Positions 55,178 through 64,000 of a stretch of 64,000 bases of DNA are shown here, one piece after another. The notes under the pieces are model-generated. The model saw only the letters and a list, made by a program, of their open reading frames with translations. It was not told the origin of the DNA and ran no database searches. Every line of letters begins with the position of its first letter. Position 1 is the stretch's first letter. The translations under genes and the position numbers were made by a program. The stretch comes from Gemmatimonadales bacterium (GTDB taxonomy: Bacteria; Gemmatimonadota; Gemmatimonadetes; Gemmatimonadales; GWC2-71-9). The DNA lies in contig DATHKX010000117.1 in the NCBI GenBank assembly GCA_035488835.1, forward strand, positions 11,971-75,970. The letters are read 5' to 3'.

Positions 55178-55723
55178 ATGACTCGGCATTTCGGCTGGAA
55201 CGCGTTCGCCTTCGGCTTCGGTCCCCGGGGGTTCTGGGGAGGCTCACGAGGGGGGGGCCGGCGCCGCCAGTGGTTCGAATCCGGAGACATGAAGTACGTG
55301 ATCCTCAAACTCGTGAAGGACAAGCCGCGCCACGGCTACGAAGTGATGAAAGAGCTGGAAGAACAGATGCACGGCTGCTATTCGCCGTCGCCGGGCACCG
55401 TGTATCCGACCCTGCAATGGCTCGAGGACGAAGGGCTCGTCGTCGCGAAGGATGTCGAGGGAAAGAAGGTCTACGAGATCACCGAGGCGGGGCGCAAGTT
55501 TCTCGATGAGCACCGCGACATGGTGGAGGACATCTTCGACCGTGTGCGCGAGGCCGTGGACCGCACGCTGGGCGGCGCGATGGGCGACGTGAACCGCTCG
55601 CTCGGTCGCCTCGTGAAGGCGGTGTATCGCACCGGATGGAAGGCGCGTGACGAGGCCACGCGGCAACGCCTGGTGGCGATCCTCGACCGGGTGGTGGGCG
55701 AGGTGGAAGGCCTGGTGAGCTGA
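55178..55723 (+). CDS. PadR family transcriptional regulator
   Basis: Start trimmed to ATG 55178. HGYEVMKELEE...SPGTVYPTLQWLEDEGLV winged helix. Confidence 0.85.
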   Translation: MTRHFGWNAFAFGFGPRGFWGGSRGGGRRRQWFESGDMKYVILKLVKDKPRHGYEVMKELEEQMHGCYSPSPGTVYPTLQWLEDEGLVVAKDVEGKKVYEITEAGRKFLDEHRDMVEDIFDRVREAVDRTLGGAMGDVNRSLGRLVKAVYRTGWKARDEATRQRLVAILDRVVGEVEGLVS

Positions 55724-55743
55724 GCGAGCCCCAGGTCGGGCGC

Positions 55744-56367
55744 TCACCCGCCCGTGCCGAGCTCCGCTTGGTGCTCGATGACGCGTCCGACCAGTCCGTA
55801 GCGCCGGGCTTCTTCGGCGGTGAGCCAGAAGTTGCGCCGGGTGTCTTCCTCGATCCGCTCGAGCGGCTGCCCGGTCTGCTGGGCGAAGACGCGGTTCAGC
55901 CGGTCGCGCATCTTGAGAATCTCGCGCGCCTCGATCTCGATGTCGCTGGCCGAGCCGCCGGAGCCGCCCGCCGGCTGGTGCAGTAGGAAGCGGGTGTTCG
56001 GCAGGCAGTAGCGGTCGTCGCGCGGCACCGAGACGTAGATCAGCGCCGCGATGCTCGCCACCCACCCCGTGCCGACCATCCGCACCCGCGGGCTCAGGAA
56101 GCGCACCAGGTCGTGAATCGTGTCCCCGGCTTCCACGTGGCCGCCCTGGGAGTTGATAAACACCGTGATGTCCTCGCTCGACTCGCCGGCCAGGGCGAGC
56201 AGCTGCGCCATCACGCCCGCGGCGACGCGTTGGGTGATCTCGCCGCTGATGATCACCGTGCGCGCGCGAAACAACCGCTCTGCGATGAGGTTGTACGGCG
56301 GTGCGGCGGCCGACTCCAAGGGGGGCGGGGGCAGCTCTTCCATCGGCTCTCCGGGGTTGGTGGCCAT
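55744..56367 (-). CDS. clpP: ClpP-family peptidase subunit with Asp-to-Asn change in the catalytic triad and an N-terminal Pro-rich extension
   Basis: ATG 56367. Ser (GWVASIAAL) and His (LLHQPAGG) are conserved. The segment aligning to E. coli ERDTERDRFLSAPEA reads EEDTRRNFWLTAEEA. Confidence 0.8.
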   Translation of the reverse strand: MATNPGEPMEELPPPPLESAAAPPYNLIAERLFRARTVIISGEITQRVAAGVMAQLLALAGESSEDITVFINSQGGHVEAGDTIHDLVRFLSPRVRMVGTGWVASIAALIYVSVPRDDRYCLPNTRFLLHQPAGGSGGSASDIEIEAREILKMRDRLNRVFAQQTGQPLERIEEDTRRNFWLTAEEARRYGLVGRVIEHQAELGTGG

Positions 56368-56384
56368 CGTGAGACTCCGACGAC

Positions 56385-57389
56385 TTACGTTGCAGCCCCG
56401 CGGCGTTGTCGCAGCTCCTCGAGCGCCCGCGTGACGTACACCCGGGTCATTTGCTTCCGCCAGGACAGATCGAAGTCGGTGTTGTCCATCGGCTTTGCGG
56501 GACGGTAGGCGGCGTCCGCGGCGGCCGCGATGGCCTCGTCCGAGAAGTCGGTTCCCGCCAGTGCCGCGCCGGCTTCCGGAACCTCCTGCGGCCAGCTCGC
56601 CACGCCGCCGAGCACGATCCGGGCTTCCGCTACCACTCCCCGCTCGCCGCTCCCTGCTCCCTGCTCCCACTTGACCCACGCCGCGACGCCCAGCACGGGG
56701 AAGTCGAACGATCCGCGGCGCCGCAGCTTGTGATACACCGCGTCCCAGCCATCGGGTGCGGGGAGCCGTACTGCGGCGAGGACCTCGTCCGGCTGCTTCG
56801 TAAGGTAATTGATCCCGTCGTTGTGATAGAACCGCGCCGCGGGCACGACGCGCTCGCCGCCCGGGCCGACCAGCACGTAGTCCGCGCCCAAGGCCACCAT
56901 CACCGGCGCCAGGTCGGACGAGCTGACGGCCCAGCAGCGGGGGGACGAGGGCGCCACCCAGCAGATGTGGCCGTCCTTCTTCATGCAGAAGTCGATCGCC
57001 TTACGCCACTCGTACGTCTGATTGTAGTAGTTGCAGCGCGTGTCGAGACAGAGATTGCCGCCCAGCGTCCCCATGTTGCGGAGTAGCGGGGTGGAGACGA
57101 GTGCGGCGGCATGGGACACAGCGGTAGTCGACTGACGGACGGGCGGACTGGTGGACAGGTCGGTGAGCGTCACGCAGGAGCCGATGGTACGTCCGTCCGC
57201 ACGCCGCAGTTCCGGTATTCCCATCAGCGTGATGACGACCTTCGGTTCCTGATGCCTGCGCTTCATGTTGGGGTACAGATCAGTCCCGCCAGCGACGAAC
57301 ATGCCGTCCGGTCCGGCATCGGCCTTCATCACCAATGCTTCATTCAGCGTCCTCGGCTGCAGGTACGTGAACGACGGGAGTCTCAGCAT
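56385..57389 (-). CDS. molybdenum hydroxylase FAD-binding subunit (CoxM/XdhB-like)
   Basis: ATG 57389 overlaps the upstream stop (TGATG). FVAGGTDL and TLGGNL motifs. Contains the degenerate CTCCC(C/T)G tract (56633-56673). Confidence 0.85.
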   Translation of the reverse strand: MLRLPSFTYLQPRTLNEALVMKADAGPDGMFVAGGTDLYPNMKRRHQEPKVVITLMGIPELRRADGRTIGSCVTLTDLSTSPPVRQSTTAVSHAAALVSTPLLRNMGTLGGNLCLDTRCNYYNQTYEWRKAIDFCMKKDGHICWVAPSSPRCWAVSSSDLAPVMVALGADYVLVGPGGERVVPAARFYHNDGINYLTKQPDEVLAAVRLPAPDGWDAVYHKLRRRGSFDFPVLGVAAWVKWEQGAGSGERGVVAEARIVLGGVASWPQEVPEAGAALAGTDFSDEAIAAAADAAYRPAKPMDNTDFDLSWRKQMTRVYVTRALEELRQRRGAAT

Positions 57390-59845
57390 CAGTCTCTTGC
57401 CGCCTTTGCCACCCTTTGCCCTTTGCCGCCCTCTGCCGCCCTCCCGTCTCCCCCCTCCCACGGCGGCGGCACCCGCGTCGGCTCAGGCCACGGAATGTCG
57501 GGGAACGCCGCCGGTCCAAACCGCGGGGCTTCGCCCTTTTCCTTTCGCCGCAGGGCCTTGAAGACCTTCTCCGGCGTAATCGGCACCTCGTCGATGCGCA
57601 CGCCGACCGCGTCGTACACCGCGTTCGCGACCGCGGGCGGGACCGGCAGCAGCGGTCCCTGGCCGCACTCCTTGGCCCCGAAGGGGCCGTTCGGATCGGG
57701 GTCTTCGACCACGTAGGTCACGACGTCGCACATCTCGAGCGTGGTCGGGCTCTTGTACTCGAGCAGGCTGGGAATCTTGTGGACGACGTTACGGTTCCCG
57801 CGGTAGGCCATCTCTTCCATGAGTGCTTCGCCCAGGCCCATGTACACGGAGCCCTCGATCTGGCCCATCACGGTGGTCGCGTTGATGGCGCGCCCAACGT
57901 CGTGCGCGATCCAGATCTTTGGCACCCGGACGATCCCGGTCGCGGGATCGACGTCCACCTCTGCGACGCAGGCGCTGTAGGAGTAGGCGGGCGAGGGACC
58001 CACTCCCGCGCCGCGGTACCTTCCGGCGGACGGGGCTGGCGTGTAGGAGCCCACCGTGCCGATCGTCCCCTCCGCCGCCTCCGCGAGCTGCACCGCCTCG
58101 GCGAACGTGAGCCCGCGTTTGGGATCCTGGACGTCGAACACCCGCCCCTCGGCGAAGCTGACGCGCTCGATCGGGGTCTCGAGTTTCTTCCCGGCGTGGA
58201 GGGCAATGACGTCGCGGGCGCGCTCGGCCGCCTGGATCGCCGCGTTGCCCGTCATGAGCGTGACCCGGCTGGAGTAGCTGCCCAAGTCCACCGGCGTGAG
58301 ATCGGTGTCGCCGGTGACCACGGCGACGTCGAGCGGGTGGAGGCCGAGCACCTCCGCGACGATCGTGGCGAGGATCGAGTCCGAGCCCTGCCCGATCTCG
58401 GTCGAGCCGCAGAACACCGTGACCCCGCCGCCGCGATCGCACTTGAGCTGCACGCCCGAGTGCGGCATCGCGTTCCAGTAGATCGGCAGTCCCGCGCCGG
58501 TGATGTACGACGAGCACGCGAGTCCAATCCCCTTGCCGTAGGGGAGCTGCTTGAACCTCTCCTTCCATCCCGAGCCGCGGATCACCTTCTCGATGCAGGA
58601 GCCGAGTCCCATCGAGCCGATGCGCAGCCAGTTGGCGGTCAGCGAGTTGGCAGGAACCAGATGTTTGAGACGGAGGTCGGCCGGATCCATGCCGAGCTGC
58701 TCGGCGAGCTTGTCGAGGTGCACCTCGAGCGCGAACCGCGGCTGGGGTGTCCCATGGCCGCGCTTGGGCCCACAGGGCGGCTTGTTCGTGAAGACTCTCG
58801 CGCCTTGAAACCTGTAACGTGGAACGTGATAGGTGACGGTCTGAAGCGCCCCCGTGTAGTACGTGCTCGCGACTCCGTAGGACCCGTAACCGCCGCCGTC
58901 GAGCAGCGACTTGAAGTGCATGCCGGTGATGGCGCCGTCTTTAGTGACGCCCGTCTTCACCCACATGAGCGTGGGATGGCGCCCGCGGTGGCAGTAGAAC
59001 ACCTCCTCGCGCGTGAGCGTGATCTTCACCGGGCGGCCGGTGAGCATCGCGAGCTTCGCCGCCACGATCTCGTGACTGAAGGGATCGCTCTTCCCGCCGA
59101 AGCCGCCCCCGTTGGGACAGGCGATCACGCGGATACGCGCCGCCGGGAGGTCCAGCACCTTGGCGAGCGCCCGGTGCACGTAGTGCGGCGTCTGGGTCGC
59201 GCTCCAGAGCGTGAGCTTGCCGTCGGGCGGGGGGGAACAGTCGGCCACCGCCGCGTGCTGCTCCATCGGCAGATGCGTGTTTCCCTCGAAGAAGAATACG
59301 TCCTCGCGTACGACGTCGGCCTGCGCCAGGCCTCGCTCGACGTCGCCGAACTCGAGATCGATCAGCTTGTGGATGTTGCCGGCGTCGGCGTAGTCGTGGA
59401 TCGCCGGCTCGGGATGCTCGAGCGCGTCGAGCGCATCGGGGAAGGCACGCAGCACTTCGTATTCGACGGTGATCAGGTCCAGCGCCTGAGTCGCCGCTTC
59501 CTCGGTGGTGGCCGCGACGGCGGCCACGGGGTCGCCCACGAAGCGCACCTTATCGAGCGCCAAGGCGTGCTCGTCCTGGCTCACCGGAAGGATGCCGAAC
59601 GGGATCGGAAGATCCTTTCCCGTCAGCACGGCCTTCACACCCTGCAGCTGCGCGGCCCCCGCTGTGTCGATCGAGAGGATGCGCGCGTGGGGGTGGGGGC
59701 TGCGGAGCAGCTTGGCGAAGAGCATCCGGGGCAGGAACAGGTCGTCGGCGAACCGCGTGACGCCCGTGACTTTCGCGGTCGCATCCACCTTGCGGTGGGC
59801 CTTTCCCACCACCCGGAACGGCGTCGGCCTCTTACCGGACGCCAT
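57389..59845 (-). CDS. molybdopterin-binding large subunit of the xanthine dehydrogenase / aldehyde oxidase / CoxL family
   Basis: ATG 59845 (MASGKRPTPFRVVGKAHRKVDATAKVTG). GGGFGGK motif. The C-terminal tail runs through the CTTTGCC repeat tract. Confidence 0.88.
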   Translation of the reverse strand: MASGKRPTPFRVVGKAHRKVDATAKVTGVTRFADDLFLPRMLFAKLLRSPHPHARILSIDTAGAAQLQGVKAVLTGKDLPIPFGILPVSQDEHALALDKVRFVGDPVAAVAATTEEAATQALDLITVEYEVLRAFPDALDALEHPEPAIHDYADAGNIHKLIDLEFGDVERGLAQADVVREDVFFFEGNTHLPMEQHAAVADCSPPPDGKLTLWSATQTPHYVHRALAKVLDLPAARIRVIACPNGGGFGGKSDPFSHEIVAAKLAMLTGRPVKITLTREEVFYCHRGRHPTLMWVKTGVTKDGAITGMHFKSLLDGGGYGSYGVASTYYTGALQTVTYHVPRYRFQGARVFTNKPPCGPKRGHGTPQPRFALEVHLDKLAEQLGMDPADLRLKHLVPANSLTANWLRIGSMGLGSCIEKVIRGSGWKERFKQLPYGKGIGLACSSYITGAGLPIYWNAMPHSGVQLKCDRGGGVTVFCGSTEIGQGSDSILATIVAEVLGLHPLDVAVVTGDTDLTPVDLGSYSSRVTLMTGNAAIQAAERARDVIALHAGKKLETPIERVSFAEGRVFDVQDPKRGLTFAEAVQLAEAAEGTIGTVGSYTPAPSAGRYRGAGVGPSPAYSYSACVAEVDVDPATGIVRVPKIWIAHDVGRAINATTVMGQIEGSVYMGLGEALMEEMAYRGNRNVVHKIPSLLEYKSPTTLEMCDVVTYVVEDPDPNGPFGAKECGQGPLLPVPPAVANAVYDAVGVRIDEVPITPEKVFKALRRKEKGEAPRFGPAAFPDIPWPEPTRVPPPWEGGDGRAAEGGKGQRVAKAARD

Positions 59846-60353
59846 ACAGGGTCTCCGGCGCCGGCTTCGCGTCCTCGCCGCGCATGCGAGCCGCCGCCAG
59901 CTCGACGGCTTCGTAGATTTTGATGTAACCGGTGCAGCGGCAGAGGTTGCCTGAGAGCGCCTGCTTGATGTCGTCGCGTGACGGGCGCGCGGTCGAGGTG
60001 AGGAGCGCCTCGGCGGCAAGCAGGAATGCCGGTGTGCAATAGCCGCACTGCGCCGCGCCGAGCTCGGCGAATGCCTCTTGGAGCGGATGGAGCGTGCCGC
60101 GCTCCGCCATGCCTTCCACAGTTTTGACCCGGTGGCCGGCGCAGGCAAGGCCGAGCACCAGACAGGAGAGGACCGGCGTGGCGTCGACGAGCACGGTGCA
60201 GGTGCCGCATTCGCCCAGCTCGCAGCCGTGTTTCGTGCCCGTAAGCCCCAGGTCCTCGCGCAGCACCTCGAGCAGCGTCTTGTGGGGCGCGAACGCGACC
60301 TCGACGGCTTCGCCGTTCAGCTCGAGGGCGATCTTCTGTTTCGCATCGGGCAT
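59832..60353 (-). CDS. [2Fe-2S]-binding small subunit (CoxS-like)
   Basis: CELGECGTCTV and CGYCTP...CRCTGY cysteine clusters. Confidence 0.92.
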   Translation of the reverse strand: MPDAKQKIALELNGEAVEVAFAPHKTLLEVLREDLGLTGTKHGCELGECGTCTVLVDATPVLSCLVLGLACAGHRVKTVEGMAERGTLHPLQEAFAELGAAQCGYCTPAFLLAAEALLTSTARPSRDDIKQALSGNLCRCTGYIKIYEAVELAAARMRGEDAKPAPETLYGVR

Positions 60354-60456
60354 GGGTCCCGAAACGTAATATCCGGCACTTCGAATCGCCCGGTGGGGAT
60401 TGATAAGGGGGCGGTGGGACGTCAGCTTTCGCCCTCCCCAAGCCGACGAGCATCAC

Positions 60457-61719
60457 ATGCGCGTGATCTGGAAGGTGGCGGTCGGGCTCGCGTTCGTACT
60501 GACCGCCCGTCCGCCTGACCGCCTGACCGCGCAGGACTACCGCGCCCGGGCCCTGCGCATCCTGGCGACGGTCCCGCTCATCGACGGCCACAACGACATC
60601 CCCGACGCGATCCGCGAGCGAGGCGGCCTGGACTCCGTGGATTTCGGCGTGCTCCAGCCGAAGCTCATGACCGACATCCCCAAGCTCACCGCCGGTGCCG
60701 TGGGCGCGCAGTACTGGGCGGCGTACGTGCCCGTCACCACGCTCCACGGGGGCGAGCATCCGGCGGTGTACGCGCTCGAGCAGATCGATCTCGTGCGCCG
60801 GTTGTGCGGCAAGTACTCACGGACCTTCGCCCTGGCGCTGACGGCCGCCGACGTCGAGCGGAATTTCAAAGCGGCACGCGGCAATGCGACCAGCTTGAAC
60901 TACGAGCGGCCGCGCGCGACCGCGACGCGCGACTCAAAGATTTCGTGCCTCATCGGGATCGAGGGTGGCCACGCCATCGAGAACTCGCTCGGCGCACTGC
61001 GGATGTTCTATGAGCTGGGCGTGCGCTACATGACGCTTACCCACTGGGAGACCATCGATTGGGCGGACGCGGCCACCGACAGCGCGAAGCACGGCGGGCT
61101 CACGCCGTTCGGCGAGGAGGTGGTCCGCGAGATGAATCGGCTCGGCATGCTGGTCGATCTGTCGCACGTGTCCGATGCCACCATGGTGGACGCCATCCGC
61201 GTGTCCCGCGCCCCGGTGTTCTTCTCCCACTCGTCCGCCCGGGCGCTCGCGAACCACGTCCGCAACGTCCCCGATTCGATTCTCAAGATGGTGCGCGCCA
61301 ATGGCGGCGTCGTGATGGTGAACTTCAACCCGGGCTTCGTCTCGGAGGCGGTGCGCGTGTACGAGGACAGCATGGCGAGACGGGCCCGCGCGCTGCGCGA
61401 CTCGGGCGTAGTAGCCGATTCGCTCAAGGCGTGGGGCGCGCGCGCTCCGAAGGCGACGCTCGCGCAGGTGGCGGACCACATCGAGCACATCCGTGACGTG
61501 GCTGGCGTCGATGCCGTCGGGCTTGGCTCCGACTTCGACGGCATCACCGAGGTCCCCGTGGGGCTCGAGGACGTGTCGAAATTCCCCGACCTCATCGCGG
61601 AGCTCTTGAGGAGAGGGTGGAGCGACGATGATGCCAGAAAAGTCGCGGGGCTCAATGCGCTGCGCGTTCTGCGGGCGGCTGAGCGGGTGGCGGCAGAAAC
61701 AGGGAAAGGCAAAAACTAG
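60457..61719 (+). CDS. membrane dipeptidase (peptidase M19)
   Basis: Start trimmed to ATG 60457 (signal peptide). DGHNDIP, GIEGGH and VDLSHVS motifs. Confidence 0.85.
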   Translation: MRVIWKVAVGLAFVLTARPPDRLTAQDYRARALRILATVPLIDGHNDIPDAIRERGGLDSVDFGVLQPKLMTDIPKLTAGAVGAQYWAAYVPVTTLHGGEHPAVYALEQIDLVRRLCGKYSRTFALALTAADVERNFKAARGNATSLNYERPRATATRDSKISCLIGIEGGHAIENSLGALRMFYELGVRYMTLTHWETIDWADAATDSAKHGGLTPFGEEVVREMNRLGMLVDLSHVSDATMVDAIRVSRAPVFFSHSSARALANHVRNVPDSILKMVRANGGVVMVNFNPGFVSEAVRVYEDSMARRARALRDSGVVADSLKAWGARAPKATLAQVADHIEHIRDVAGVDAVGLGSDFDGITEVPVGLEDVSKFPDLIAELLRRGWSDDDARKVAGLNALRVLRAAERVAAETGKGKN

Positions 61720-61818
61720 ACGCACAGACGCCACAGGGGAGAACAGGGGTCAGCTTACAGGAATGCCTGTTCACTCACCCCTGTCTACCGCTGTGCGTCT
61801 GTGCGTCTGTGCGTCTAG
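61716..61818. repeat. about 103-nt imperfect palindrome built from GTGCGTCT octamer repeats (same family as 39802-39844)
   Basis: CTAGACGCACAGACGC (61716-61731) is the exact reverse complement of GCGTCTGTGCGTCTAG (61803-61818). The right arm is 3 x GTGCGTCT. It starts on the dipeptidase stop and overlaps the last ~15 codons of the GT2 gene. Confidence 0.8.
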
Positions 61819-63241
61819 CCGTTGACGGTTCTGTTACCTGCTTTCCTGCTGACTCAAAGCCTTTCCTGGTCATCTCTCCCCACACCTGCTTCTGCCGGAA
61901 CACCAACCAGAACGCCTTGACGCGCCACCACACCGTCCGCTGCCGGTAGCCGAAGTTCTCGAGCGTCGCGAACAGCAGCAGCCGGCCCAGATCGCCGAGC
62001 CGCCGATACCGCTGGAAACTCACCTCCTCGAGCACCACGGCCCAGAGCGACAGCAACATCCCGTAGCCCCACGCGACCAGCACGAACAGCAGCGCGAAGT
62101 TGGCGTTCACGGCGCCGAGCAGTAGACCGCCCAGCGTGATCACGTACCCCACCACTTCGACGAGCGGTGCGAGCATCTCACCGAACGTGAAAAAAGGCAT
62201 CGCGATCAATCCCACGCGGCCGTACCGGGGGTTGAAGAGCATCCCTTTGTACTGCCACATCGCGGCGATCAGGCCGCGGTGCCAGCGCTCCCGCTGGCGC
62301 GACAGGATCCGCCCGGACTCGGGGACCTCGGTCCACGCGACCGGGTCCGGGATGAAGGGGATTTCGTAGCGCCGCTTGTGCTGCCGCAGATAGCGGTGCA
62401 GGCGCACTACGAGATCGAGGTCCTCGACCACGCTGGTCGCGCGATACCCGCCGATCGCGTGGAGGTATTCCTTGCGAAACAGCCCGAAGGCGCCGGAAAT
62501 GACCAGGCTGCCCCCCAGCCGGTTCCAGCCGAGTCGGCCGAACAGGAAAGCGCGCAGGTATTCGACCACCTGCACGCCGGGGAGGAACCGGCCGGGGACT
62601 CGGGCATCGGTCACGCGTCCGTCCTTCACGGTGCACCCGTTCGCGACGCGCACCGTGCCCCCCACGGCCGCGATCTGGCGGCCGAGCAGGAACGGCCGCG
62701 TGAGGCGCAGCAGCGCGTCGGGCTCGATCAGCGTGTCCGCGTCCACCGCGATAACCAGGGGGAACCGGCTCGCGTTGATGGCGGCGTTGAGGGAATCGGC
62801 CTTGCCGCCGTTCTCCTTGTCGATGACGAGCAGACGCGTGCGGGTACGCGAGCGGTACAGGGCCCGGAGCGGCTTGGTGGCGATCGTCTCCGGATAGGTG
62901 CGCGGCACCTCGTAAAGGTCGAACGCGTGCCGCAGCCGCTCCAGCGTGTCGTCCTTGGACCCGTCGTTCACCACGATGATCTCGAAGTTGCGGTACTCGA
63001 GCGTCAGGATGGCGGTGACGCTCGCTTCGATGGTCGCGCTCTCGTTGTGGGCGGGGACGAGGATGGTGATCGGCGGCAAGGCGTCGCTCTGCATGAGCCG
63101 CTGGAAGTCTTCGTCCTCCGCCAGCCGGGTCTGCTCCCAGATCTCGGGGATCGAGAGCACGAGCAGGAGCGCGTAGAAGGAATTCAACACCAGGAAGAAG
63201 AGCAGGATCGCGAGGTCGCCCCCGTGAATGACGGCGCTCAC
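61775..63241 (-). CDS. processive GT2 glycosyltransferase (PgaC/IcaA/cellulose-synthase-like)
   Basis: LVPAHNE, VVNDGSKDDT, AVDADT and QRERWHRG (QxxRW), with N- and C-terminal TM segments. Confidence 0.88.
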   Translation of the reverse strand: MSAVIHGGDLAILLFFLVLNSFYALLLVLSIPEIWEQTRLAEDEDFQRLMQSDALPPITILVPAHNESATIEASVTAILTLEYRNFEIIVVNDGSKDDTLERLRHAFDLYEVPRTYPETIATKPLRALYRSRTRTRLLVIDKENGGKADSLNAAINASRFPLVIAVDADTLIEPDALLRLTRPFLLGRQIAAVGGTVRVANGCTVKDGRVTDARVPGRFLPGVQVVEYLRAFLFGRLGWNRLGGSLVISGAFGLFRKEYLHAIGGYRATSVVEDLDLVVRLHRYLRQHKRRYEIPFIPDPVAWTEVPESGRILSRQRERWHRGLIAAMWQYKGMLFNPRYGRVGLIAMPFFTFGEMLAPLVEVVGYVITLGGLLLGAVNANFALLFVLVAWGYGMLLSLWAVVLEEVSFQRYRRLGDLGRLLLFATLENFGYRQRTVWWRVKAFWLVFRQKQVWGEMTRKGFESAGKQVTEPSTARRTDAQTHSGRQG

Positions 63242-64000
63242 GCCGCGTATTCCGCCAGCGCCTGCGGGGAGAGGCCGAGCACGAGCCGCGCCATGTCACG
63301 GCTTGCCTCGTGCGCGCCGACTTCCACGGCGAGCAGGACGTTGCGCCCCGCCGCGCCGAAGCGGGTGAGGGCGAGCCCAGCCCGCAAACGCACCCACCAG
63401 TCGCCGTCGCGCAGCGCGTCCCGCACCAGGGGCAGGGTGGCCGGATCGGCGATCATGCCGAGCGAGCGGACGGCCTGGGCTCGCACGGGCCAAATGCGGT
63501 CCTGCGCCAGCAGCCGCAGCGCGGCGATCGACTCCGCGTGGGGGTACTTCCCCAGCGCGCGGGCCACCTGGCTGCGGACCTCCTGGTCGTGGTGCGTGGC
63601 GAGCGCGGTGAACGGCTCGCGCAGGTCCGGATGGTCCAGGCGCGCGGCGAACTCGACCACACGCGGGAGCCGGGGATCGTCTGGCCGCCCGAACAGCTGC
63701 TGCAGGTGGCGCACCACGGCGGGACGCGCCTTCTTGAGCGCACTCGCGTAGTACGCCTGCACCGTGGGCCCGAGCAGCGGTAGCTGATCGAGCGCCGCGG
63801 TCACAAGGACCGGACTGGTCAGGCGCTCGAGCGTGGTGGCGGCTGCGACCTGCACGGCGGGATGGTTATCGCGCAACAGGCGGAGCACCCGGCCGATGTC
63901 GTGCGGCGTTGCCGCGACAGAGAGGAAGCGCGCGCACTCGAGCCGCTTCCACCAGCGCGCCGACCGGTAGTTCGTGCGCAGCACGCGCGCCCACCACTGG
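63238..64000 (-). CDS. HEAT-repeat protein (5' end probably outside the window)
   Basis: Repeated helical motifs (D..VR..A..AL): HPAVQVAAATTLERL, DQEVRSQVARALG, IWPVRAQAVRSLG, DWWVRLRAGLAL. GTGA overlap with the GT2 start. Confidence 0.7.
   Translation of the reverse strand, partial: QWWARVLRTNYRSARWWKRLECARFLSVAATPHDIGRVLRLLRDNHPAVQVAAATTLERLTSPVLVTAALDQLPLLGPTVQAYYASALKKARPAVVRHLQQLFGRPDDPRLPRVVEFAARLDHPDLREPFTALATHHDQEVRSQVARALGKYPHAESIAALRLLAQDRIWPVRAQAVRSLGMIADPATLPLVRDALRDGDWWVRLRAGLALTRFGAAGRNVLLAVEVGAHEASRDMARLVLGLSPQALAEYAA

Noticed and set aside
55272-55282. GGTTCGAATCC, identical to the tRNA T-loop consensus
   Set aside because: The flanking bases cannot form a T-stem or an acceptor stem, and no D- or anticodon-arm is apparent. 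The sequence lies inside the padR reading frame (QWFESG).
56385-60353. The idea that the molybdenum hydroxylase operon is selenium-dependent and functionally linked to the Sec-containing selD
   Set aside because: The loci are about 50 kb apart. None of the marker genes that usually accompany selenium-dependent Mo hydroxylases (yqeB/yqeC-type) is visible in the window. Nothing in the sequence supports the link.
61794-61817. The GTGCGTCT tandem repeats and other short repeats, considered as a possible CRISPR array
   Set aside because: The units are only 7-10 nt and directly abut one another without spacers. No cas genes are present. The structure is microsatellite or palindromic, not repeat-spacer.

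Overview
This is a very GC-rich bacterial chromosomal segment. Codon third positions are almost all G/C, so many long ORFs in the six-frame track are antisense or shadow artefacts. I support about 60 tightly packed protein genes. Many are translationally coupled through ATGA, GTGA or TGATG start/stop overlaps. I saw no rRNA, tRNA, CRISPR array, transposase, integrase or phage genes. The content is core metabolism plus envelope and signalling functions. Recognisable genes include gyrA, leuS, an argC-argB-argD-GNAT arginine operon, a class-V aminotransferase with serA, and rnhA with a dCMP deaminase. There is also selD, several secreted amidohydrolases and peptidases, a REC-GAF-GGDEF regulator coupled to a Ser/Thr kinase, and a methyl-accepting chemotaxis protein. 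Further modules are an ECF sigma/anti-sigma/PDZ set, a PAS hybrid histidine kinase coupled to a heme-oxygenase-like protein, a coxS/L/M-type molybdenum hydroxylase operon ending in an unusual clpP, and two GT2 glycosyltransferase loci. The gene content and sequence style suggest a soil Gemmatimonadota- or Acidobacteriota-like organism, but that is inference only. I found no clear-cut novel multi-gene system such as a defence island. Four things seem most worth a second look. (1) selD is recoded with an in-frame UGA (selenocysteine) followed by a hairpin, and the ORF track truncates it. (2) Several families of short dispersed palindromic or tandem repeats sit at gene boundaries and even inside CDSs; one inverted pair brackets a TetR-saccharopine dehydrogenase module. 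(3) There are unusual gene couplings: heme-oxygenase-like protein with a PAS kinase, an Asp-to-Asn ClpP at the end of a molybdenum hydroxylase operon, and GGDEF with a kinase and an orphan E1-alpha. (4) A dense CGTCACG repeat/palindrome cluster lies in the promoter region between a ferritin-VIT1 gene and an ECF sigma gene. All functional calls rest on motifs I recognise by eye. No database search was run.
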